A DNA stretch of 64,000 nt, taken from IMG/VR virus record IMGVR_UViG_3300023297_000003. The stretch is one strand, 5' to 3'. The notes beneath the pieces were generated by a model that made no database searches, was not told where the DNA came from, and was given only the letters and a program-made list of their open reading frames with translations. The stretch comes from a virus (taxonomy: Duplodnaviria > Heunggongvirae > Uroviricota > Caudoviricetes). The translations under genes were made by a program, and so were the position numbers. Each line of letters opens with the position of its first letter. Position 1 is the first letter of the stretch. Below, one piece after another: positions 8,749-16,277 of this stretch.

Positions 8749-9030
8749 GGTCTCCGGGAGAGTGTGCCCTCGGAGACCTTGAACCATTCGGGTGCTCCTT
8801 GTATTTAGGGGCAGGATCCCGATTACAGCCTGATCTTTTCAAATCCCGTCACCCGGAGGGTTGCTCAGGCGCATCCCAGGGGTCTAGTGGTTCGTATACC
8901 TTCGGCACCCTTCTAGGACACCCTCAAGGTGCCTTGCCTCAGGCTCGTGACCACCGGGTACTGGTGGGTTCCTTTTTAAGAGTCAAACCTCCGCCCCACA
9001 CTCAGCATCTAAGGTTTGTCAGTCCCCCAT
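8749..9030 (-). ncRNA. Candidate ~280-nt structured RNA
   Basis: No credible sense ORF; at least 7 helices; starts just after promoter motif. Confidence 0.55.
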
Positions 9031-9041
9031 CCATGTCTACC

Positions 9042-9068
9042 CTACTCTAAAAGCCAAAGAAATGATCA
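9042..9068 (-). promoter_or_regulatory. TGATCATT-N13-GAGTAG promoter-like motif
   Basis: Variant copy. Confidence 0.55.
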
Positions 9069-9074
9069 TCCTTT

Positions 9075-9650
9075 CTAGGTCAACCTGACAACCCCCGTTG
9101 CCGTCAACTGGAGGCTGCGCTTCTCACCCGTCTCCAGGAACAACTGGATGACCATCGCCATCTGTGCCCCGACCATCCCGATGAAGGGCAGGGCGTCGCC
9201 GTTCTCACAGGTGGCCTGTCCCGGCTCCCCCTCAGCATCGGGAACGAAGTACTCGTCCCACATGATTCGTCCGAACAGCCCCTCGGCGGAGAGGCCACCG
9301 TGGAGGCACGGGATGCCGTGCTCTCGGACGTACCCCTGGATGACCAGACGGGCCTCGATGTTGTCCGTACAGTCTATGACGAGTTCGGCGTCCCGCATCA
9401 CTTCCCGGACGTTGTCCGTGGTGAGCTTGTGCGGAATGATCTCCAGGCTCCGCCCCCACATCCCTTGCATCGCCTGTTGAAGGGCCTGCACCTTGTTCCG
9501 GCCAGACCCCATCCGGGTGTGGAACTGTGCCTGGGTATTTTTCATCTCCACCCGGTCGAAGTCCACCACTCGGATCGTGTGTTCCCAGTTACGCCCGAAC
9601 AGGATGATGTGGCTTCCCAGCGCTCCTGCTCCTACAATGACGATGGTCAT
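9075..9650 (-). CDS. ThiF/E1-like adenylyltransferase
   Basis: IVIVGAGALGS, VVDFDRVEMKN, GRNKV, VIDCTDNIEAR; candidate catalytic Cys in GQATCE. Confidence 0.9.
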   Translation of the reverse strand: MTIVIVGAGALGSHIILFGRNWEHTIRVVDFDRVEMKNTQAQFHTRMGSGRNKVQALQQAMQGMWGRSLEIIPHKLTTDNVREVMRDAELVIDCTDNIEARLVIQGYVREHGIPCLHGGLSAEGLFGRIMWDEYFVPDAEGEPGQATCENGDALPFIGMVGAQMAMVIQLFLETGEKRSLQLTATGVVRLT

Positions 9651-9856
9651 GGTACCCTCAACCAGCATCCGGCCTCGGATCCCCCGTATCCCGGCAGCCA
9701 TTTCTGCACCTTGCCACACACCGAACACCTTCGAGTGATTTCCGGCGAGCCAGGGGGCGGGAAGATGTCCGTGATATGCGGGGGTTGGGACCGCACCCAC
9801 TTGTGGCAATGTAACCCACTCAGCTCTGCCACTATTTTTTTCCACAACATGGGCAT
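9647..9856 (-). CDS. Small Zn-binding hypothetical protein
   Basis: HCH...RRCSVCG, coupled. Confidence 0.55.
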   Translation of the reverse strand: MPMLWKKIVAELSGLHCHKWVRSQPPHITDIFPPPGSPEITRRCSVCGKVQKWLPGYGGSEAGCWLRVP

Positions 9857-10062
9857 TTACCTCCGTTCTTTTCGATCCACACGTCCAACAGGAACATCAT
9901 CGTTTCACCAATGTCCCCGTCGCCACCCATCTTGATGTCAACAGGAAGGCCAGCCTCGCCGTCGATTTTGGACATGGCCCTCACCACCGCTTCCGAGAAG
10001 GGGTGATGAGGGACGCCGTCTTCCCACCGCTGATCTAGCCTCGCCCCCGTGTCCCCGGCCAT
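9832..10062 (-). CDS. Small hypothetical protein
   Basis: Abuts Ubl stop; GGDGDIGE motif. Confidence 0.6.
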   Translation of the reverse strand: MAGDTGARLDQRWEDGVPHHPFSEAVVRAMSKIDGEAGLPVDIKMGGDGDIGETMMFLLDVWIEKNGGKCPCCGKK

Positions 10063-10311
10063 CTAGGCTCCGAGCGGGGCCTTGGGACGCACGATGATCT
10101 TGTTGTCCGGGATCTCGTCGTTGGCCGGAAAGCGGTTCACCACGAAATCCTTGAGGTCGATGTCAGGGTCGGCATTGATGCCGGGCACCGATCCGTCCCT
10201 CACGGCCTCCTCGACCCAGCCCCGGATTTCCTGATCCGTGGCATCGTAAAGAACCGGGTCCGGGAGGTCACCGTTCTGACCGTCCCACGTAATGTTCACT
10301 CGTGCATTCAT
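10063..10311 (-). CDS. Putative ubiquitin-like (beta-grasp) protein
   Basis: 82 aa, beta-beta-alpha-beta-beta pattern, C-terminus IIVRPKAPLG-A, located between JAB and E1. Confidence 0.7.
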   Translation of the reverse strand: MNARVNITWDGQNGDLPDPVLYDATDQEIRGWVEEAVRDGSVPGINADPDIDLKDFVVNRFPANDEIPDNKIIVRPKAPLGA

Positions 10312-10361
10312 CTGATCCTCCTGTTTGTCCACGAGGTTGATCCTCGGGCTGTACCACTATA

Positions 10362-10388
10362 CTACTCGGGGGCACTCTAGGATGATCC
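10362..10388 (-). promoter_or_regulatory. GGATCATC-N13-GAGTAG promoter-like motif
   Basis: Exact match upstream of Ubl. Confidence 0.7.
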
Positions 10389-10766
10389 TGAGAGTCTCAG
10401 CAACTCCTCGATCTCAAGCTCATGTTCGATTCGGGGCGGGATCTTTTGGGGGCGCACCACTACGTATTCGTCCGTCACCACGTGCCGCATGAAGTACTTG
10501 ACCTCGGTGAGGGTGATAATCGGCCAAAGGAGTCTTTGACCAAGGCCCTTCTCCAAGGCGGTGAAGGTGGTTGTGTCCGTATGGGACGGCCACGCTTCTC
10601 CCCTCCACGGGTGCGTATGCGCCAGCCCCCCGAGATTCTTCCGGTTGTCCCAGAGGAATTGCCAGAGGTCGAAGGAGTCCGGGATGCTTCCCCCTGTGCG
10701 TCCAGGCGGGAGATGCCAAAGGAGCGTCTTTCCGTCCTTGTCAAAAACTAATGCAACTTCGATCAT
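10377..10766 (-). CDS. JAB/MPN+ (Mov34) metallopeptidase
   Basis: N-terminal E, AHTHPW...PSHTD = JAMM motif. Confidence 0.88.
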   Translation of the reverse strand: MIEVALVFDKDGKTLLWHLPPGRTGGSIPDSFDLWQFLWDNRKNLGGLAHTHPWRGEAWPSHTDTTTFTALEKGLGQRLLWPIITLTEVKYFMRHVVTDEYVVVRPQKIPPRIEHELEIEELLRLSGSS

Positions 10767-10775
10767 TGTAGTCTC

Positions 10776-11819
10776 CTACCAGTCATCGTCCTCGTCGTCA
10801 TAACGGTCAGGATCTTGGCCCCCAGGCAGATGCGCCTGGGGAATGGCACCCCGCTGATTGTTTACATCTCCCGGAGCGTGTCTGTAAACTACCAGCCGCC
10901 CCTGGAGCATCGCGTCATTAATAATCGCTGGGAGCGATTCTAGCGTGAAATAGTTGTCCCCCTTCTCACCGTGGTGGTCGTTCAAGCAAACACCCGAGTC
11001 AACGATTCGCAGGGTTCGCTTCTCCACAACACATTCCAGCCGCCTGTGCAGGTAACGATACTGGACAACCATCCAGGCCCCGTTGTTGTGAGGGCGGGCA
11101 TCCAGTAGGGTTGCGCCCGAAACACCCAGTGCGGCCCTGCAGGCGGCGCTGAAGTCCACTGCTGCCAGTGCCCTGCGTCCGGCACCCGTACTGGCATCCT
11201 TCATGGCCTGTCGGAGCTTCTCCTCCGCAATGGTCTTCTTCTCCTCCTCAGCCCTCCGTGCAGCCGCTTCAGCCTCCCGGCGTTCGGCTTCGACACGCTG
11301 GAAGGAGAGCCACCGGAAAGCGAGATCCAAGGCGGGTGTCACTCCGGCCACATGCGCCACGGAGTCTAATCGATCCTGGTAGGCCACTTCGACCTCCATC
11401 TCAGGACCGACAGGGAACTCCTGTCGTATGTAAACGTGGGCGTTCCCCGTCTCAGTGGAGAGGGGGATCACGACCGCCCTGGCAAACCTGTCCAGCCCCT
11501 GTTCCACGAGGAGTACGGAGATGGTCTGATCGATCATTTTATCGGGATCCGGGTCCACCCGAACACCGTCAGGAATCAGTCGTTCCCCAGCGAGGTAGCC
11601 TCGGATGACCTTGTGTCCTTGCTCGAACTCGAAGTCAGGGTCAGCTGCCTTGATGAGCCGGGCAGTTCGACCCCCGGAGATCTCGAAGGTGTACCATCCA
11701 AACTCCTCGGGGAGCCGACCGGCGATACGCCAGATCTGGTCCTTGTACGCCAATCGGCGTTCCCCGAGCCAGGGGAGTACCCGCTTCTCGTTCTCTGAAA
11801 GTAAGTCCTGCCACCCCAT
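10776..11819 (-). CDS. Putative E2-like conjugating protein (N-terminal domain + coiled coil + C-terminal Cys domain)
   Basis: IVDSGVCL...FTLESLPAII recalls the E2 active-site Cys and following helix; context; RBS before MGWQDLL. Confidence 0.55.
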   Translation of the reverse strand: MGWQDLLSENEKRVLPWLGERRLAYKDQIWRIAGRLPEEFGWYTFEISGGRTARLIKAADPDFEFEQGHKVIRGYLAGERLIPDGVRVDPDPDKMIDQTISVLLVEQGLDRFARAVVIPLSTETGNAHVYIRQEFPVGPEMEVEVAYQDRLDSVAHVAGVTPALDLAFRWLSFQRVEAERREAEAAARRAEEEKKTIAEEKLRQAMKDASTGAGRRALAAVDFSAACRAALGVSGATLLDARPHNNGAWMVVQYRYLHRRLECVVEKRTLRIVDSGVCLNDHHGEKGDNYFTLESLPAIINDAMLQGRLVVYRHAPGDVNNQRGAIPQAHLPGGQDPDRYDDEDDDW

Positions 11820-11840
11820 GGGGAACCTCCCATGGGTCAT

Positions 11841-11867
11841 CTACTCTAAACTGTCAGTGGATGATCC
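11841..11867 (-). promoter_or_regulatory. GGATCATC-N13-GAGTAG promoter-like motif
   Basis: Exact match. Confidence 0.7.
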
Positions 11868-11943
11868 CCTAGTATGTCACAGGGGATCCTCTGAGGGCTT
11901 TCCTGACAAGAGTCCTTGTGGGAGTTAACGACCTTGGCCTTAG

Positions 11944-12489
11944 CTAGGGCTTCCGAGGTGCACTCTCTGCAACTGCCCATCCCAGGAGCTTCCTAACTTC
12001 TGTCGCTTTGCTCTCCTCCTTCCTCACAGTGGTGTACGCTTTGTTCCATTCCTTGCGCGAAAGTTCCCTTGCTTCTGGGTGCTTTTGTCGGTCGAGTTTA
12101 CCGAGGATCTTCCCGGCCTTAGTTTCAGCGTCCTTGGCTTCCTCAAAGATCTTCACCAACTGACCATGGTCATGTTTGTTTATGAGACTATGCACGATCC
12201 TCCTAGACACAGGGAGATGCGCCCTAAAACTCGCCATGGAAGGCACTTTTTCGAAAAGCTTTTTAAGGGTAGGGTTTTTGTTGTACAGTCCTGCGACGTC
12301 TCCTTTACCCGGAAACCTTTTGGGCTTCTCTTCAGGAACCTTACCACCCCCGCCACCAGAAGGACTCTTAACTGTATGCCTGTGCCTGTCTGCCTTGGGG
12401 TGTTCCTGGAGATACTTCTTCAGAGCCTCCTCAGAAGGAAACTCCGTAGCCAACATCTCCCTATACTCAGCAGCAGTCATCAGTTTCAT
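11944..12489 (-). CDS. Basic hypothetical protein
   Basis: GGGAGG RBS; Lys-rich. Confidence 0.65.
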   Translation of the reverse strand: MKLMTAAEYREMLATEFPSEEALKKYLQEHPKADRHRHTVKSPSGGGGGKVPEEKPKRFPGKGDVAGLYNKNPTLKKLFEKVPSMASFRAHLPVSRRIVHSLINKHDHGQLVKIFEEAKDAETKAGKILGKLDRQKHPEARELSRKEWNKAYTTVRKEESKATEVRKLLGWAVAESAPRKP

Positions 12490-12546
12490 CCCCAAGTCCC
12501 TCCCAGGTGTTTGTCATCAGGGAGGGATTATAACAAGAAAACCGAA

Positions 12547-14481
12547 CTAGGCCCAGAAGGGCTTCTGGAGCAATGAGGTCTCAAGAATTTCCTGGAGCAG
12601 GGACTTCCGATGCTTCACCGGGGCATCCTGCTTCGTCGTCCCCACCGGCGTGGTGGAGATCAAGTTCCGCAGGGTCCGGGTCACGGCGTAGGGGTCATCC
12701 GTGTTGAACAGCGCTTCCTCGATCTGGAAGCAGGGGATCCCCATCCTGGTGGCCGTGTCCTGAACGTAGGTACCGTTATGGCCCATCATGCCCTTCACCT
12801 TCAGAAGGCCTATGGCCACCGGACGGACACCATGCCGGTCGCAAACGTTGATGACCCGGTCGCTGGGGTACTCACCCTCGTCACCCACGAAGAGGAACAG
12901 TGCGTCCTCCTCCGGGCCGGGCTTGTGGCTCTTCAGCAGCACATCCACCCCAGTGGCGTGGCACGTCCCACCCGCTGCCTGATGCCCCCGGAACGCCTGT
13001 TCCACTGCCCCGGCAGAAGCCGCCTTGATGGTGATCTCCATACCGATGGTGTTGAACACCGAAACGTGCAGGCGATCCAGCGGGAAGCCCCCGAGGAACT
13101 TCTTAAGGTAGCCCTTCGCCGCCTGGATGGCACCCTGCATGGAACCGGACTTGTCCACAATGACGTAGACCCGCAGGCCCCTGGTGACTTCCTCCATCGC
13201 CTTCTTCGTGGCCGTGTCCGCTGCACCCTGGAGTTTCTCCACGGTCTCGGTCTTCCGCACACGGCGAGCGATGTTGGTGGCACGCTGGTTGTCCGCAGCC
13301 GCCAGGGCCTTATCGTGCTTGGCCTGGATGTCGGGCAGCTTCAGGAGTTCCATGTCCTCCAGCGTCGGCGTCAGGATGATCAGGTCGGCATTGGACATGC
13401 AACCGTTCAGGACAGCCGCCGCAACAATGGCACGGGTGAGACCCCCGAGGTATCCTTTGGGATACGGTTTGTCAGTATCCTTCGGAAGCGGGGGCGGAAG
13501 CTTTCCAACGATCAGCTTCCAGTTGGGCTTGTCCTTGGCGATGCGGTTGCAGATCTGCCGTTCGGACAAACCCTCCCAGGTGTCAGCCTTCTTGACCTTC
13601 GCACCAATGGCAATGGTCCGACGACCGTCCTTGGCCTGTTCCTGCTTCCACCGCAGGATCTCGAAGAACTGCGGGGACGTCGGCTTGTACCCGACCCGCT
13701 GGGCGAGCCGGATCACGGAAGTACGGAAACCCGCACGGACGAGACCATTCAGGAGCTTGATGTTCTCCTCACGGTACCGAAGCCACTTTGTCACGAGCTT
13801 CAGGTAGCGCCCGTAGAACGGCTTCCGAGCGGAGTGGCCGAAGCCGAGATCCCTGTTGATCTGTGCTACCCCCGGCACAGCCAGCACGTCACCGAGCCGG
13901 AGCAGGAGCTTGGGGTTGAAATCGTGCTTGCCCCGGATCAGGCACATGGCCTCCCCGACCGCACGGTAGTCATCATCCAAGAGATCCGGCTCACCCGCTA
14001 CGGGTTCCCCGAAACGGTTCTGGCAGAGCATGAACGCCGCCAGGATGACCTTCATGTCCCGGTGGTCACGGGGGAAGGCCCAGGACGCCCAGTGAGCGGC
14101 AAACTCGTTGTCCGCCTTCCACACCTCTGCGACCTGCTGGTACATCCAGGTGACTACCTCCGGGAACAGACCCGGCTTGCGGTACTCACCAAGGATCTTC
14201 CGTCCGCTGACGATCTTGCCGTCGTCCCGAAGGATGCCGATTTTGGTCTTGACGGATTTACGAGCCACCTTCGTCAGGCGGTAGACGACCTTCTCCTGTT
14301 TGCCCTTGTCACCCTCTAGCTTCCAGGAGATCGGCTCCCACTTGACGCCGACCTTGGAGGTCGTGTCCGGGGAAACCATCCCCGGCCTCCCATGATAAAG
14401 GTGATCGAGATGAGTGGTCAGGGACTGAATCGCTCGTTCAGCCGGGCCAAGACCCTCAATCCGTGCTTCTTGCTCATTCAT
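12547..14481 (-). CDS. vWA-domain protein, probable divergent TROVE/Ro60-like RNA-binding protein
   Basis: About 430 aa basic helical region then VYVIVDKSGSM MIDAS, GGT, FVGDEGE; adjacent Y-like RNAs. Confidence 0.75.
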   Translation of the reverse strand: MNEQEARIEGLGPAERAIQSLTTHLDHLYHGRPGMVSPDTTSKVGVKWEPISWKLEGDKGKQEKVVYRLTKVARKSVKTKIGILRDDGKIVSGRKILGEYRKPGLFPEVVTWMYQQVAEVWKADNEFAAHWASWAFPRDHRDMKVILAAFMLCQNRFGEPVAGEPDLLDDDYRAVGEAMCLIRGKHDFNPKLLLRLGDVLAVPGVAQINRDLGFGHSARKPFYGRYLKLVTKWLRYREENIKLLNGLVRAGFRTSVIRLAQRVGYKPTSPQFFEILRWKQEQAKDGRRTIAIGAKVKKADTWEGLSERQICNRIAKDKPNWKLIVGKLPPPLPKDTDKPYPKGYLGGLTRAIVAAAVLNGCMSNADLIILTPTLEDMELLKLPDIQAKHDKALAAADNQRATNIARRVRKTETVEKLQGAADTATKKAMEEVTRGLRVYVIVDKSGSMQGAIQAAKGYLKKFLGGFPLDRLHVSVFNTIGMEITIKAASAGAVEQAFRGHQAAGGTCHATGVDVLLKSHKPGPEEDALFLFVGDEGEYPSDRVINVCDRHGVRPVAIGLLKVKGMMGHNGTYVQDTATRMGIPCFQIEEALFNTDDPYAVTRTLRNLISTTPVGTTKQDAPVKHRKSLLQEILETSLLQKPFWA

Positions 14482-15118
14482 GGTGTCTCCTGCTTTGTCT
14501 GTTTGTCCGAAGGCGATGACAGATGGCACACACCACATCGCACTTGGCTATCTCATCTAATAGTAATTGCTTGGACCCACAAAAGACCATGCTGGAAATT
14601 TTGGCCACCTTGGTTTTCGGGTCTCTGTGATCAAAGTCCATGGCACAGGCAGGAAAGGAACAACCACAGTCCTGACAGGGTTGATTTTTAGCCTGGGCTG
14701 CGATCTTTTGGAGTTTGGTTCTCTGACGACGGTTGTTCTTCAGGTAAGGAACCCGATCCTTTCGGTATTGTCGTAAACGGTGTTCCCTTTGGCAGTCCCG
14801 ACAACGAGAAAGGCGACGCAACAGCGACTCGTTTTTGAAAGCAAAGGTGCTAATCGGAAGCTCTCTCTGACAATCAGGACAAACCCTGGTGCTCGGTTCC
14901 ACAATTAATCCAGCGGTCACGGCTTGCCTGCGAGCGTCCAGCAGACGTTGTTGCTCCCGTCTGTACTGGGCTTTATCCTGACGAGCATACCGCTGCGCCC
15001 GGTACATCCTGTCACACTCCTGACACTTGGAGATCCTGTATCCCTTTGCTTTTACCTTGACTCGGAATTCATCAAGGGGGAAGGCACCCCCACAACCTGT
15101 ACAAATTTTTATGCCCAT
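14474..15118 (-). CDS. HNH homing endonuclease with Zn-finger repeats
   Basis: CTGC/CQEC/CPDC repeats; CQDCG...MDFDHRDP...KCDVVCAICHRLR. Confidence 0.85.
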   Translation of the reverse strand: MGIKICTGCGGAFPLDEFRVKVKAKGYRISKCQECDRMYRAQRYARQDKAQYRREQQRLLDARRQAVTAGLIVEPSTRVCPDCQRELPISTFAFKNESLLRRLSRCRDCQREHRLRQYRKDRVPYLKNNRRQRTKLQKIAAQAKNQPCQDCGCSFPACAMDFDHRDPKTKVAKISSMVFCGSKQLLLDEIAKCDVVCAICHRLRTNRQSRRHHE

Positions 15119-15236
15119 CAACTGCCTCCGACTACCCGGCACACAATAGACATTACAGGTTGTGTTCCATGTGATCAAACGAACACCTCTAATTCGAGAG
15201 CTGATGCAAAACATCTGCTCCCCCGTTCACATTGGT

Positions 15237-15263
15237 CTACTCGGCAGTCTCTCCTGATGATCA
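15237..15263 (-). promoter_or_regulatory. TGATCATC-N13-GAGTAG promoter-like motif
   Basis: One-mismatch copy upstream of HNH/vWA genes. Confidence 0.65.
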
Positions 15264-15273
15264 CAGTGAGACG

Positions 15274-15300
15274 ACAAAAGGGGAGGTTGCCCTCCCCTTT
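15274..15300 (-). terminator. Intrinsic terminator closing the ncRNA array
   Basis: AAAGGGGAGG-GCAA-CCTCCCCTTTT hairpin. Confidence 0.65.
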
Positions 15301-15311
15301 CGGGTGTAACT

Positions 15312-15395
15312 GAACGTGCGAGGAGCCGAGCGGAACTTGCGATGGTAACAGGGCGGACCCCGTTGGTGCTTGTATGCTCGACAGGCTGCACGTCC
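15312..15395 (-). ncRNA. Y-RNA-like ncRNA 1 (bulged-stem module + simple hairpin)
   Basis: GGACGTGC/GCACGTTC and GTCGAGC/GCTCGGC stems, ATACAAG motif. Confidence 0.7.
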
Positions 15396-15414
15396 AAACT
15401 GAATATCAAATAGA

Positions 15415-15561
15415 GGACATCCGAGTGAGTGAGCGTGTTACCAGTTCCCCTTCCCGCCGGGTCGGGGGACTGCGGACTGGAATTGAACCAGTAACTTTCA
15501 GATTATGAGTCTGATGCTCGACCAATTGAGCTACCTTGTGTGCTCACTCTGATGGATGCCC
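15415..15561 (-). ncRNA. Y-RNA-like ncRNA 2 (module enclosing D, anticodon CAT, T arms)
   Basis: GGGCATCC-ATC-AGAGTGAGC-ACACAAG...GCTCACTC-ACTC-GGATGTCC. Confidence 0.8.
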
Positions 15562-15565
15562 TCAA

Positions 15566-15630
15566 GTGCGAAGCCAGGATTTGAACCTGGCTCAAAGCCG
15601 GAGTTACCTCCTCCCATCCGCAGTTCGTAC
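15566..15630 (-). ncRNA. Minimal tRNA-like RNA (acceptor + T arm)
   Basis: GTACGAA/TTCGCAC; CCAGG-TTCAAAT-CCTGG. Confidence 0.55.
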
Positions 15631-15634
15631 CAAA

Positions 15635-15770
15635 AGCACCCGAGTAGGCGAACGTTGTTTACAATCCCTTGCGAGATCGTGGAATCGGATTCGAACCGAT
15701 CACCTTCAGCTTTGCAGGCTGATGCTCTATCCAGATGAGCTATCCTTGTATGTTCGCCTGGATGGGTGCC
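15635..15770 (-). ncRNA. Y-RNA-like ncRNA 3 (anticodon-like GCA)
   Basis: GGCACCC-ATC-CAGGCGAAC-ATACAAG...GTTCGCCT-ACTC-GGGTGCT. Confidence 0.8.
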
Positions 15771-15772
15771 CT

Positions 15773-15845
15773 TGGTGCAGACGTCAGGAGTCGAACCTGA
15801 AGACGTGGGCAAACACGTCATCCCGCCTGTGCCGGGATTACTGCA
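15773..15845 (-). ncRNA. Non-canonical cloverleaf tRNA-like RNA with CCA end
   Basis: TGCAG/CTGCA-CCA, ATCCCG/CGGGAT, GACGTG/CACGTC, T arm. Confidence 0.6.
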
Positions 15846-15849
15846 TGAA

Positions 15850-15911
15850 GCGGCAAGTCAGGAATTGAACCCGAAAAGGTTGCATGCACCTTTTGACCAC
15901 AACTGTACCGC
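15850..15911 (-). ncRNA. Minimal D-armless tRNA-like RNA
   Basis: GCGGTA/TGCCGC, AAAAGGT/ACCTTTT, T arm. Confidence 0.55.
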
Positions 15912-15916
15912 AAATA

Positions 15917-16048
15917 AAGGACGCACGAGGTGACGTGCTGTGTTTGGTGGAAAGAAACGGAATTGAACCGTTAACCTTCGGAATGTAAATCCGATGCTCT
16001 ACCAATTGAGCTATCATACCTTGTAAGCACGTCTGATTGTGCGCCCTT
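15917..16048 (-). ncRNA. Y-RNA-like ncRNA 4 (anticodon-like TAC)
   Basis: AAGGGCGCAC-AATC-AGACGTGC-TTACAAG...GCACGTC-ACCTC-GTGCGTCCTT. Confidence 0.8.
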
Positions 16049-16050
16049 AG

Positions 16051-16184
16051 TCGGGGAGCCAGGATTCGAACCTGGGCAGCGTGTATGCTTCCCTTGATGG
16101 ACCCGTAAAGGTCCGAGGTGAGAAGCGGGGTTGCTTTTGGCTTTCTCTAAATGAAAGTGCTCTACCAGACTGAGCTACCCCCCG
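16051..16184 (-). ncRNA. Y-RNA-like ncRNA 5: full tRNA scaffold (Pro-like acceptor, TTA anticodon) with permuted module in variable region
   Basis: CGGGGGG/CTCCCCG-A; GCTTCTC-ACCTC-GGACC...GGTCC-ATC-AAGGGAAGC-ATACA. Confidence 0.78.
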
Positions 16185-16199
16185 ATACTAAGTAAAACT

Positions 16200-16215
16200 G
16201 ACTATCAAAGAACCC
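16200..16215 (-). promoter_or_regulatory. boxA-like antitermination element
   Basis: GTTCTTTGATAGTC between promoter and ncRNA array. Confidence 0.4.
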
Positions 16216-16251
16216 GTGAATCCGTCCAGGGCTGTCCCTATCATACCTGTA

Positions 16252-16277
16252 CTACTCCACCGAACGCAAGATGATCC
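16252..16277 (-). promoter_or_regulatory. GGATCATC-N12-GAGTAG promoter-like motif driving ncRNA array
   Basis: Motif with 12-nt spacer. Confidence 0.6.

Noticed and set aside
12610-14319. Long antisense ORFs (also 3407-4351, 35787-36869, 41334-42506, 43509-44687, 52174-53919)
   Set aside because: Mirror frames of genuine genes; no motifs or RBS
15312-16184. Possible CRISPR array or ordinary tRNA cluster beside TnpB
   Set aside because: No identical direct repeats; conservation is structural, and most units lack acceptor stems
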